From an uncultured Chthonomonadaceae bacterium (GTDB lineage Bacteria > Armatimonadota > Chthonomonadetes > Chthonomonadales > Chthonomonadaceae), in the NCBI GenBank assembly GCA_963835065.1, contig CAWIEK010000049.1, forward strand, positions 352,001 through 416,000: a stretch of DNA of 64,000 bases, given 5' to 3'. Positions within the stretch are counted from its first letter, which is position 1; each line of letters begins with the position of its first letter. The notes below the pieces were generated by a model, which had not been told where the DNA came from, did not search any database, and worked only from the letters and a program-made list of their open reading frames with translations. The position numbers and the translations under genes are program-made. Of the stretch, positions 10,542-19,901 are shown piece after piece.

Positions 10542-11516
10542 GTGTTGGTTTCTAAAAATTTAATCAAAATACTGCTTTATTCTTTGATGCTTGTAGCGTC
10601 TTTCGTATTGTATACAAGTGTCAAATTCAACCAGCAGAAACTCAACAACTCACTCATTGAGAGTATTAAACGCAATGATACTTCTAGGGCTATCGCCCTT
10701 CTCAACCAAGGAGCCGATGCAAATGCTCGTGCTGCCGTTCATCCACTTGGGCTAATCTGGTGCGATATCTTTGAAAGATTTTCCTTATGGGGGCGGGCTG
10801 AAGAGAAACCCCCTTCCGCTTTAGTCATTGCCCTCAACATAAAAGTTGGAACTCGAAAGCACGACGATGCCTATGCCGACCCAGATATGATAGTCCAAGC
10901 GCTACTGAACTCTGGAGCTGATGTTCATATTCGAACTGACGACGGAGAAACGCTTATACTACTTGCGGCAGAACATCATCAGTATAAAGTAATGAAGGAG
11001 ATACTACGACATACAAATTATGGGGTAAATCAGTATGATGAAGATCATTGGACGCCCCTGATGTACGCCAGTAGAGACCAGAACAACAGCATGGTGAATT
11101 TGTTACTGACGAGAGGGGCAAGTATCAATGCGAAGGACAAGCAGGGGGATACGGCTCTTATCATCGCTAGCGAACAGTCAAAAAATTCTACAGTTGTTAC
11201 TACTTTGACGCATGAAGGTGCTGATGTTAATGCCCGCAATATCTATGGAGAAACAGCTCTCATAAAAGCAGCATGGGAAGGTGACACAAATTCTATTAGC
11301 CTACTATTGAATGCTGGCGCGGACATCAATGCTGAAGCGACAGAGACCGGAGGTGAAACCGCTTTAACACAAGCGGTTCACATGGGCCATGCTTCCGCTG
11401 TAAAACTATTGATCACTAGAGGGGCGAGCATAAACCAAAGCGGCCTACTTTCCTATGCCAAGGCGAGCCATCAAGACGACATCTTTGATGCTCTTCAACG
11501 AGCAGGAGCAAGATGA
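10542..11516 (+). CDS. Membrane-anchored ankyrin-repeat protein, putative immunity
   Basis: N-terminal TM; repeated G.TALI.A…GADVNA ankyrin units. Confidence 0.9.
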   Translation: MLVSKNLIKILLYSLMLVASFVLYTSVKFNQQKLNNSLIESIKRNDTSRAIALLNQGADANARAAVHPLGLIWCDIFERFSLWGRAEEKPPSALVIALNIKVGTRKHDDAYADPDMIVQALLNSGADVHIRTDDGETLILLAAEHHQYKVMKEILRHTNYGVNQYDEDHWTPLMYASRDQNNSMVNLLLTRGASINAKDKQGDTALIIASEQSKNSTVVTTLTHEGADVNARNIYGETALIKAAWEGDTNSISLLLNAGADINAEATETGGETALTQAVHMGHASAVKLLITRGASINQSGLLSYAKASHQDDIFDALQRAGAR

Positions 11517-11854
11517 AACAACAGGAATGGCTCACTTAAACGAATGACGAAGGCGCATCGCACAATGGTTTTATCCCTTTCAAGGCCTACTGCACGATAT
11601 TGCTTCAACTTGCTATGCGCCATTTGTCGGGGTATCACGTCTTGTGCCGTGCATAGCAGTTCTTTGCGGTACAGTTTCAGGTGTCCAAACTACCTCTTAT
11701 CGAGAGGGTAAGCCGATAGATTGGTTCGTGGCTAAGTATTAGTCAGGTGACCACCCGATTGCTTTTGAAGAGTATGAGCCATGTCCATCCGAATTTGCGG
11801 AGCGCTTCACGGTTGGCATAAGACCTAGCATTACAATAGTGGAGAAAAGCTGAT

Positions 11855-12691
11855 ATGGGTACAGTCCGCTATACAGTCATAGACGGCGAAGTGATCGCCG
11901 AGAAGCGCAACGGCGTCAGGAAACTGTACGTGCCCGATCCGCTTGGTTCGACGGTGGCTCTGCTGGACAACACGCAGACGCAGACCGACACGTTCAGCGA
12001 CTGGCCCTATGGCGAAGACGCGGGCAGAACTGGAAATACGTCAACCCCCTTTAGGTATGTGGGCATGTGGGGCTACTATCAAGACAGCACAACCACCTAT
12101 GTGCGAGCTCGGTACCTTTACATGCAAAAGGGAAGGTGGTTGACGCAAGATCCACTCGGGATTGATGGTGGGGATTTAAGTTTATATAGATATGCCGAGA
12201 ACGATCCACAAAACACCGCAGACCCGAGTGGTTTTCAAACGAACTTAGACGATCCCACGAAGTTCAAGTGTCCAGCAGGATACAACCCCGTCTGGATTAC
12301 TGGATATGGTGCTAACACAGGTCCCGTTCATCCACCAGGTAAGCCAGAAAGGCAAGCTCAAAAATACGACTGTGCGGTTGCAGACCCAGACAATGCGGAA
12401 CCTGTATGCCCTCAGGGGAGCCTTGTCCACATACGTGATCGAACAGATGGAAAGCGTAAGGGAAAACCTCGCTATGGAAAGCCCATTGAACTCTGCCTAG
12501 TCTGTGACACTGGTCCTGATGTGGGGCATAACGGTAGTCACCAATTACCACAGATAGATATATATGTCGGAGGAAGTAACAAAATGACGGATAGACAGCA
12601 AGATAGACGTTTAGTAAGAAGAGGCTATAAGGATGGGGGATCTTGGTATTGCTACAAATGCCTACCTGGAAAAAATTCCAAACCCAAATAA
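11855..12691 (+). CDS. Short Rhs-core protein 5 with 3D (MltA-type) domain-like C-terminus
   Basis: Rhs core motifs, DPSG boundary; C-terminal VWITGY…CAVADP…PQGSLVHI…DTG…IDIYV. Confidence 0.85.
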   Translation: MGTVRYTVIDGEVIAEKRNGVRKLYVPDPLGSTVALLDNTQTQTDTFSDWPYGEDAGRTGNTSTPFRYVGMWGYYQDSTTTYVRARYLYMQKGRWLTQDPLGIDGGDLSLYRYAENDPQNTADPSGFQTNLDDPTKFKCPAGYNPVWITGYGANTGPVHPPGKPERQAQKYDCAVADPDNAEPVCPQGSLVHIRDRTDGKRKGKPRYGKPIELCLVCDTGPDVGHNGSHQLPQIDIYVGGSNKMTDRQQDRRLVRRGYKDGGSWYCYKCLPGKNSKPK

Positions 12692-12875
12692 CCATAGTTT
12701 CATATCGAATTTCTGTGTGGCATGTTTGATAGGTAACTCAAGGTGCATTGGTGCAAGCTGAAAGCAGATGCAGCGAGGGCTTGCGCATCTGACAGCCAGT
12801 TGACATTGCTTCTACCTTCTTGTAGCGATATATGCTTGACTGCTGCAAACCCCGACTGGAACGGCGATTGAAGCT

Positions 12876-13922
12876 ATGACCGATGAAGTGACAGAGGGTG
12901 AGGAGACCACGATGCAAGCAGGCAGGCGTAGATTGTATTGGACTTTTGCGGTGACGCTAATAGGAATGAGCCTTGTGGCGGCTCTATTGTTTCTATCTCA
13001 TCCCCATTCTCTTTTAGGGCATGCCACTAAAATCGCAGATGTACACACATGGCAGTGCCAATCTGATGCGGTTGAGTTCTACTGGCTCTCCGATTATCAA
13101 TTGCTCTATCAGTCCGCAAGTACAACAAGCAAGTCCGGAAGCACTATACATAGTGGTACCTATTTTCTATGGAACTTACGTACCAACCATCATACCCCGC
13201 TTCCGCTTCTGACCAAGCATGTCTTTACCGTCAGGCAAAGACAGGATGAAAGGCTCTACCCTTCACCGGATGGGCAGTGGATCTATATGCTTGCAGGGCA
13301 CCATTTGCTGATGCTTTGCCGTCTGGATGGTACACATTTTCGAGAGTGGAACGACGCGAATGGAGCAGACTGGTTGCCTGATAGCAGGCATTTGGTTGTC
13401 GGAAAATGGAGTGGCTCTGTCCAACATAGCGTTGATGAATCTGAGGCTGATATCTCCCTTACAACACGCCATATAGGTCATGAGCTATCTAGTGGAGATT
13501 TAATTAAAATGCATTGGAATTCCTCTGACCCTACCAAATTGCATGTTACACTCTATGATAAAGGGACTATACTCCAAAAGAAATGGCAGAAGGATTTAAC
13601 CTGGCCTGCGTCGAGTCGGTTGGAAGGCACGGAGCTTTCTTTGCAAGGAGATCAGATTGCTTGCCTGCTGTTAGTAACGTATACACAGTCATGGCTTCGA
13701 TGGGCGAATCGTATTCTTCCACAGATACCATTGCGTTCTTCTGCCCGTTATGAGTTATGGATATGTCGAATTGACGGAACACAACGTAAGATGCTCGGCT
13801 TCATACCCGCCAAGTCGGATACCGATGAAACGCGAGAAGCAAAGCAGATCGGTTGGCTGCCTGGTGGGAAGCATCTCAGTTTGATTTATCAAGACACACT
13901 CTACACCGTTCCTACCGACTAA
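12876..13922 (+). CDS. Membrane-anchored TolB/WD40-like beta-propeller protein, putative immunity
   Basis: N-terminal TM; SPDGQWI, WLPDSRH, WLPGGKHLSLIY; paralogue of 8176-9270. Confidence 0.7.
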   Translation: MTDEVTEGEETTMQAGRRRLYWTFAVTLIGMSLVAALLFLSHPHSLLGHATKIADVHTWQCQSDAVEFYWLSDYQLLYQSASTTSKSGSTIHSGTYFLWNLRTNHHTPLPLLTKHVFTVRQRQDERLYPSPDGQWIYMLAGHHLLMLCRLDGTHFREWNDANGADWLPDSRHLVVGKWSGSVQHSVDESEADISLTTRHIGHELSSGDLIKMHWNSSDPTKLHVTLYDKGTILQKKWQKDLTWPASSRLEGTELSLQGDQIACLLLVTYTQSWLRWANRILPQIPLRSSARYELWICRIDGTQRKMLGFIPAKSDTDETREAKQIGWLPGGKHLSLIYQDTLYTVPTD

Positions 13923-14062
13923 TGGCTACTCCAGCAATATATTATATCCTCTATAATGACGCATCCTATCTCGGGGTTTCCATACAGTTCTTTGCGGAAG
14001 CGAACGACGTATTCGTCCTCGTCAGCCGCGTTCCTGGGTATGACCAGTCGGACAACTGGTAG
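13922..14062 (+). pseudogene. Second degenerate copy of the glycosyltransferase 5' end
   Basis: MATPAIYYILYNDASYLGVSIQFF…VSRVPGYDQSDNW* versus MSLPWVCYILHDDASYLAASMQSF…ISRVPWHDQPGDW. Confidence 0.75.
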
Positions 14063-14188
14063 ATAGTGCAGGATGCGGGCGACAAAGTCGTGTTGGGCGC
14101 ATGACGTTGACGACTTCACTCCGGCGCAGGCAGAGGCTGCAAAAAATCCTTCGACATCGAACGCAACCCTTGAACACAGGACATCTCT

Positions 14189-14657
14189 ATGGACACCCAT
14201 CCGAATGACGATTCCCGCGCGTACTGCCACAAGGATGCCAACGCGCCGGAGGCAGGCAGTCCACAGGATGAGGCTGCAAACGCGCCGGAGAAGCAGGACC
14301 CTGCCAACCGTGCGGACGCTGCAAACGCTGTACAGGACGAGGCCGCGCCACTGCCCGTTCCGCCGCCCTACTCTACTACTTCCTACACCGACGGTTTTGC
14401 AATCACGGACGGCCACAACTTCGTCACCTACACTTATCGGTATGACGGCTCGCTCCTTCCCTCTCGGTTCACCTCACGCCCACAGGCATGTGGACATCGA
14501 GAAAGCGCCGGACGCAACGGCGGCAGAGGACACGCAGGCGGCGAATACACAAGCCGATGAGCCGGACATTGAGACCTGGCTTCGAGAGTGGGATCGCATC
14601 CAGAGCGAGGCTGCCGCGAACCTGCGCGCGCGGCAGCAAGACCCGCCCATGCAGTAG
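14189..14657 (+). CDS. Hypothetical acidic low-complexity protein, probably one gene frameshifted near 14490
   Basis: Protein-like A/D/E/P-rich frame 14189-14490 continues in the overlapping frame (HVDIEKAPDA…DPPMQ*). Confidence 0.35.
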
Positions 14658-14849
14658 GCAGAGCGCGACAGACAGAACAGAAGCCCTGCGCTGCGCGCGC
14701 CGTTGCGCAGGAACCAGCCGGACTCGTCCGAATACCCAATACCCAACACCGAACCCCGGCTTTTTCAGGACAGCGACGCTGCCGCAAACGCGCTATGCTG
14801 TTCTCGCCTACTTGTTCTCCCCTGCCGGGAGGAAAGGAAGGAACGTCCG

Positions 14850-15425
14850 ATGAGCCTGCCCTGGGTGTGCTACATTCTTCACGACGACGCTTCCTACCTT
14901 GCCGCTTCCATGCAGTCGTTTCAGTCGGCGGGCAAGATGTTCGCCTTCATCAGCCGCGTTCCCTGGCATGACCAGCCCGGCGACTGGCAAACGGCGGCGC
15001 AGATTGCCTCAGACGCGGGAGCCGAAGTCGTCTTGGCGAGTGGCGTTCCGAGTTGGAGCATCGGCAGTTCGCCTGTGCCACTCTGCGCGAGCGCGGCTGC
15101 ACCCATGCCCTCATCCCCGACGGCGACGAGATCATCGAACCCGAACTCCTCCACGCGCTGACGCAGATCGCGGCTTCGGAACTCGCCGAGCGGGTGTACG
15201 TGCAGTGGGACACCTACTGGAAAACGCCCGCCTACGTCATCCGCCCCCGCGAACCCTTCACGCCCTGCATGCTCCTCGACCTGCGCACGGCCCAACCCAC
15301 CGGCGGCAGGAACTTCGCGGGCGGCAGAAGCCTCCTCCTCGACGCGGCTTACGGGCTGGTGCATCACCTCTCCTACGTCGGCCCCGACCCTCGCATCCGC
15401 CGCAAGATCGTCACGTGGGTCCATC
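14850..15425 (+). pseudogene. GT2-like glycosyltransferase, frameshifted near 15035 and truncated near 15425
   Basis: ALIPDGDEII DxD motif and HHLSYV; one G appears missing at TTGGCGAG; protein-like sequence ends in an A-rich tract. Confidence 0.6.
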
Positions 15426-15457
15426 AGCAAAAAAGAGCCAAACAGCGCGAAACAAAC

Positions 15458-15486
15458 GAAACCTTTACCTCACTCATCCTGTCTAA
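15458..15486 (+). promoter_or_regulatory. Putative ECF-sigma promoter (AACCTTT…CCTGTCTAA), copy 1
   Basis: Same motif with identical spacing at 50728-50756. Confidence 0.5.
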
Positions 15487-15525
15487 ACATGCACACACGT
15501 CTACTATTCAAATGTTAGACACCGG

Positions 15526-15669
15526 AAGGGAGGTGCCAGTCCTATGTTTCCCCCCTCCCGTTCGCCCTGATGCTGCGGAGGCCACGACGCCTCTCTCCTA
15601 CAATCTGACACAACGAGACATCGGGCTGGAAGCGCTGCATTGCCAAGATTTCGACGATCTCTCTACATA
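15526..15669 (+). repeat. 144-bp conserved element, copy 1 (candidate sRNA or micro-ORF MFPPSRSP)
   Basis: 130/144 identical without gaps (manual count) to 50841-50984. Confidence 0.85.
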
Positions 15670-15792
15670 CCTTTTTTCTACCTATCCGTTTCCCAACGTT
15701 TGCAAAACTCCCCGTTGCAAAGGGCGGGCTTTTCGCTTGTTCAGAAAGGGTTAGATGTACAGGCCCTCAAGATTAGGCATGGTCTTCATCCT

Positions 15793-17211
15793 TCATCCTT
15801 CATCCTTCATCCTTCCAAAGAGCGCCATTCCCTGCGGCGGCAATGTCAGGCAGAGGCAGTTGGCTTCGGCTTGCAGTTCCGCGCCGCTGTCAAGCCACGA
15901 GTTCCACGCTTTGCCGCCCATCGCTTCCACGTCCAAGGTAATGCTTTGTTCCGCCCGACTGCGATTGACGGCGACCAGAACGCGCTCATTCTCATACGTG
16001 CGGATGTACGCGAAAATACCCCGGTCATTGTGAACCTGCACCGTCTGGAAATCGCCGCGCCGCAGGGCAATGTGATCCCGGCGCAGGGCCAGCAGATGCT
16101 TATAAAATTCGCGGATACTCTCGTCGCGCTTGTTTGGGTTCCACTCGAAGGCGCGGCGGCAGTCCGGGTCCTTGCCGCCTTCCAGCCCGATTTCATCCCC
16201 GTAATAAATGCACGGCGCTCCGGGGTACGTCAATTGCAGCAGAATACACTGCCGTTCGCGGTTCACATCCCCGCCGCACATCGTTCGCAGCCGTTCCGTG
16301 TCATGGCTGCCAAGCAGATTGAACATTCGATCCGTCGCCCATTGCGGATAATCCCGGCGGATTTGCGCCAGTTGATCGTCGCACTGGTGCGGCGAGATTT
16401 TGTCCAGCGCGAGGAAATCCAGCACCGCGTCCCGAAAGCGGTAGTTCATAACGGAATCAAACTCGTCGCCGCCAAGCCAGTCGCGGCCATTGTGCCAGAT
16501 TTCGCCCACGATATAAGCGTCCGGGTTGGCCGCGCGAACGACCTGCCGAAACTCTTTCCAGAATTGGTGCGGTATCTCGTTGGGAACGTCCAATCGCCAG
16601 CCGTCTATCCCCGCCGTCTTGATCCAGCGTTCGCCCACATCCAGGAGGTATTGCCGCGTTTCCGGGTTGTCCGTGTTCAGTTGGGGCAGGGACGCCACCC
16701 CGTACCACGTCCGGTAATTGGTGTTGCCCTGCTCCACGCGAATCGGGAAACTTTCGGGAAAATACCAGTTGCGAAAGCGCGACTGCTCCCCGTTTTCGCG
16801 TAAATCGCGGAATGGCTCGAAATCCACGCCGCTGTGGTTGAGTACCGCGTCCAAAATCACATGCCAGCCCCGCTCATGCGCCTTTTCCACCAGCGTCTTC
16901 AGCAAGTGCGGCGTTCCCAGGCGTGGGTCTATCAAATGATAGTCCGTTGTATCGTAGCCGTGATTGCTGCCGGACTCGAACACGGGGCTGAGATACAGCG
17001 CGTTTACGCCCAGGTCGCTCAAATAATCCAGGTTTGCAATCACGCCCGCCAGGTCGCCGCCCTGATAATCTTCTATAGTGGGAGGCGAACCCCAGGGTTG
17101 CGTGTTGGGCGGATCGTTGCCCGTATCGCCATTAGCAAAGCGGTCAAGAAAAATGTGATAGAATACAGCATCCCGCACCCAGTCGGGAGAGTGAGTTTCG
17201 TTGGTGTCCAT
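15793..17211 (-). CDS. GH13 neopullulanase/cyclomaltodextrinase-type alpha-glucosidase
   Basis: DAVLNH, GWRLDVPNE, GEIWH, GSHD, YYGDEIG, DPDCRRAF. Confidence 0.92.
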   Translation of the reverse strand: MDTNETHSPDWVRDAVFYHIFLDRFANGDTGNDPPNTQPWGSPPTIEDYQGGDLAGVIANLDYLSDLGVNALYLSPVFESGSNHGYDTTDYHLIDPRLGTPHLLKTLVEKAHERGWHVILDAVLNHSGVDFEPFRDLRENGEQSRFRNWYFPESFPIRVEQGNTNYRTWYGVASLPQLNTDNPETRQYLLDVGERWIKTAGIDGWRLDVPNEIPHQFWKEFRQVVRAANPDAYIVGEIWHNGRDWLGGDEFDSVMNYRFRDAVLDFLALDKISPHQCDDQLAQIRRDYPQWATDRMFNLLGSHDTERLRTMCGGDVNRERQCILLQLTYPGAPCIYYGDEIGLEGGKDPDCRRAFEWNPNKRDESIREFYKHLLALRRDHIALRRGDFQTVQVHNDRGIFAYIRTYENERVLVAVNRSRAEQSITLDVEAMGGKAWNSWLDSGAELQAEANCLCLTLPPQGMALFGRMKDEG

Positions 17212-17472
17212 TGGTTACAAATCTGCTCCGAAGTGTTTTGGGGCGCGTTTCCAGCACGCCTGCGCGGTTATAGCGCGTGTCGTGTCCGTATTGTAGCCGT
17301 GCCTTGACAATATTCGTATCCGCCCATATACCATTTTTTTGACCGCGGCGCGGCTTACCTACAAAATTTTGACTGGTCTTAAATTCATCAGGTTCCCGTG
17401 ATATGTAAAAAGTACAATACGGGTATACTGTTCAGGTTGACATACAGGTTGACGTAAAGGAACTTGTTCGCA

Positions 17473-18330
17473 ATGATCTTCTCCTGGTTTCGCGACATTC
17501 ACCGCCGCAGCATCCTGGCGCAGCCGTTTCCCGACGAATGGGAAGGCTATTTGCAGCGCCATTTTCCACACTTTGCCTTGCTCACGACCGAAGAACAGGC
17601 ACGGTTGCGGCAGGACATTCAGATTTTCCTTGCCGAAAAGTATTGGGAAGGCTGCGGCGGGCTGGAACTCACGCCGCAAATGCAGGTACTGATAGCCGCG
17701 CAAGCCTGCCTGCTGACGCTGAACCGCGAACATGAATTTTACCCGAATGTCGAATCGATTTTGATCTATCCCTCCGGCTACACCGTGCCGCAGAAAAGTA
17801 TGGAACCGGGCGGCATTGTGCAGGAAACCTTCAGCGCCCGCTTGGGCGAAGCCTGGGACAATGGCCCCGTTGTCCTGTCCTGGGCCGATGTGGACGCGGG
17901 CGGCGCAAACGACAGGGACGGCGAGAACGTCGTTTACCACGAGTTCGCGCACAAACTGGATATGGTTGACAGCAGCGCGGACGGCGTACCCCGGCTGGAA
18001 AATGACGCGGAATACGATGCCTGGGCCAAAGTGCTGAGCCGCGAATATCAGGAACTTGTCACTCTTACCGAACAGGGGCAGGCCACCCTCCTCGGCGATT
18101 ATGCCGCCACCAATGCCGCCGAATTCTTTGCCGTTGCAACCGAACGCTTCTTTGAAAAACCTGCGCAGATGCAGCAAAGCCATCCCGCCCTGTATACGGC
18201 GCTGCGCAATTTTTATCGGCAGGACCCCGCTGCGCGGATCGCTTCCCTGCCGACGCCGAACGCCAATTCTCAGCCGGGACAGGGGCAGGAGCATCACGTT
18301 CACGGCTCCAATCTGCACGGCCATTTGTAG
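17473..18330 (+). CDS. mtfA: Zinc-dependent peptidase M90 (MtfA/DgsA anti-repressor family)
   Basis: IAAQACL, GEAW..GPVVLSW, NVVYHEFAHKLD, YAATNAAEFFAVATE. Confidence 0.85.
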   Translation: MIFSWFRDIHRRSILAQPFPDEWEGYLQRHFPHFALLTTEEQARLRQDIQIFLAEKYWEGCGGLELTPQMQVLIAAQACLLTLNREHEFYPNVESILIYPSGYTVPQKSMEPGGIVQETFSARLGEAWDNGPVVLSWADVDAGGANDRDGENVVYHEFAHKLDMVDSSADGVPRLENDAEYDAWAKVLSREYQELVTLTEQGQATLLGDYAATNAAEFFAVATERFFEKPAQMQQSHPALYTALRNFYRQDPAARIASLPTPNANSQPGQGQEHHVHGSNLHGHL

Positions 18331-18611
18331 GCATTACAGGGCTATACGCAGGCAAATTACAGCCATTGGCAGCCAATTCCTGTGACAAACGCCAGTTTCT
18401 ATCTTACTACGGCGCAACTCAACGATGGCAGGGAACTATCCGCTCACTCGACGGCATAGTTCATTCGTTAGAAAGAAACCACATCTAATTTCCTATCATC
18501 AAATACTCCACGCTGCAGAGATAATTTTCGCTTGTCCATCGTCATAGCAGTTGATTTGCGCTTGCCTTAGCACAATTTTGCGCAAACGAACTATTTCGGC
18601 AACAGAAACCT

Positions 18612-19901
18612 ATGCCAGATCAATCTTCACATTCTCAGCAAACATCCAACAACTTAGCCCCGGATAACCAACAGGACTATTCGCCGTCAGATATTCAGTT
18701 CTCTCTTGATGGCAGCCTGCTTTCGGAACACGAAGCCTATCTGCAGCTTTCGATAAACCCCGATGAGCGCCTGCGCCTGATTGAAGAAAATGTCCGCGAC
18801 TTTGCCATTTTCGTTGTCGCTCCCGACGGACGCATCGCCAGTTGGAACGTGGGCGCGGAGCGCATCATCGGCTACACGGAAGCGGAAGCCATCGGCATGG
18901 ATTGCGCGCGCATTTTTGTGCCGGAGGATATAGCGCGCGGAGCGGTGGAGCATGAGCGGGTAACCGCGCGCGATACCGGACGCTGCGAGGATGAGCGCTG
19001 GCATTTGCGCAAGGACGGCACGCGCTTTTGGGGCAGCGGGATTATGACCGGCCTGCGGGATCAGAAGGAACAGTTCCGGGGATTTGTTAAAATCCTGCGC
19101 GATATGTCCGAGCGCAAGGTAGCCGAAATGCAGCGACAGGAACAGGCGCAGCGATTGGCCGAACAGAAACGCCAGGCGGCGATACTCGATGAGCGCAATC
19201 GCATTGCGCGCGAAATTCATGATACAATAGCGCAGGGCTTGACCGGTATCGCCATTCATATAGAAGCCGCTGAGGACGCTCTGCGCATGTCACCCGAACA
19301 AGCGGTTCCGCACATCACCCGTATCAAGCAACTGGCGCGTGAAAGCCTGTCGGAAGCGCGGCGTTCCCTGCGCGCCCTGCGTCCCAAAGCGCTTGACGAC
19401 AACGATTTACCGACCGCGCTTAACAACCTCGCGCGGCAAACCATGCAGGGCGCGGACTTGCAGGTTGACTTTGCCATACAGGGCACAGCCTACTCCTTGC
19501 TGCCCGAAGATGAAAACGATTTATTACGCATTGCGCAGGAAGCCCTGACCAACATTCTCAAACACGCGCAGGCAACTCATGCCGATTTAATTCTGTCTTT
19601 TCTGCCGATGCAGGTGCAGCTTTCTGTTACGGACAACGGACGCGGCTTTGACATTGAACAAAATATTACGAGTGGGTTCGGGTTGATTGGCATGAAAGAG
19701 CGAACGCAGCGCATGGGCGCTGAATTACAAATTTACAGCGTACCGGGTGTGGGAACACAAATACTCGTTACACTTCCTAACTCCAACGTTACCGGCGTTA
19801 CTCACACCGCAGATATATCGGAAACGCCAATTATATCTACCGATGATTCCTCAGCCGAGACGCCGGACGTTATATCAGAAAGAAACGGCGAGCAACTATG
19901 A
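18612..19901 (+). CDS. PAS-domain sensor histidine kinase (HisKA_3/NarX-like)
   Basis: PAS (WNVGAERI…RKDGTRFW); ERNRIAREIHDT; QEALTNILKH; DNGRGF; GFGLIGMKER. Confidence 0.93.
   Translation: MPDQSSHSQQTSNNLAPDNQQDYSPSDIQFSLDGSLLSEHEAYLQLSINPDERLRLIEENVRDFAIFVVAPDGRIASWNVGAERIIGYTEAEAIGMDCARIFVPEDIARGAVEHERVTARDTGRCEDERWHLRKDGTRFWGSGIMTGLRDQKEQFRGFVKILRDMSERKVAEMQRQEQAQRLAEQKRQAAILDERNRIAREIHDTIAQGLTGIAIHIEAAEDALRMSPEQAVPHITRIKQLARESLSEARRSLRALRPKALDDNDLPTALNNLARQTMQGADLQVDFAIQGTAYSLLPEDENDLLRIAQEALTNILKHAQATHADLILSFLPMQVQLSVTDNGRGFDIEQNITSGFGLIGMKERTQRMGAELQIYSVPGVGTQILVTLPNSNVTGVTHTADISETPIISTDDSSAETPDVISERNGEQL

Noticed and set aside
3716..12150. Recurrent conserved blocks with variable intervals as a CRISPR or integron array
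   Set aside because: The blocks are protein-coding Rhs cores of about 400 bp; no short repeat-spacer pattern, attC sites, cas or integrase genes were seen
15425..15754. C-terminal part of ORF 15053-15754 as real glycosyltransferase sequence
   Set aside because: It reads through the repeated element, and the equivalent frame in copy 2 has a TGA stop
15640..17307. Long + strand ORFs opposite GH13 (similarly 275-1291, 20928-21857, 25423-26160, 28227-29771, 55872-57293)
   Set aside because: Antisense shadows of well-supported genes in GC-rich DNA, without recognisable motifs
17433..17453. CAGGTTGAC direct repeat upstream of mtfA
   Set aside because: Only two copies and no independent support for a regulatory role
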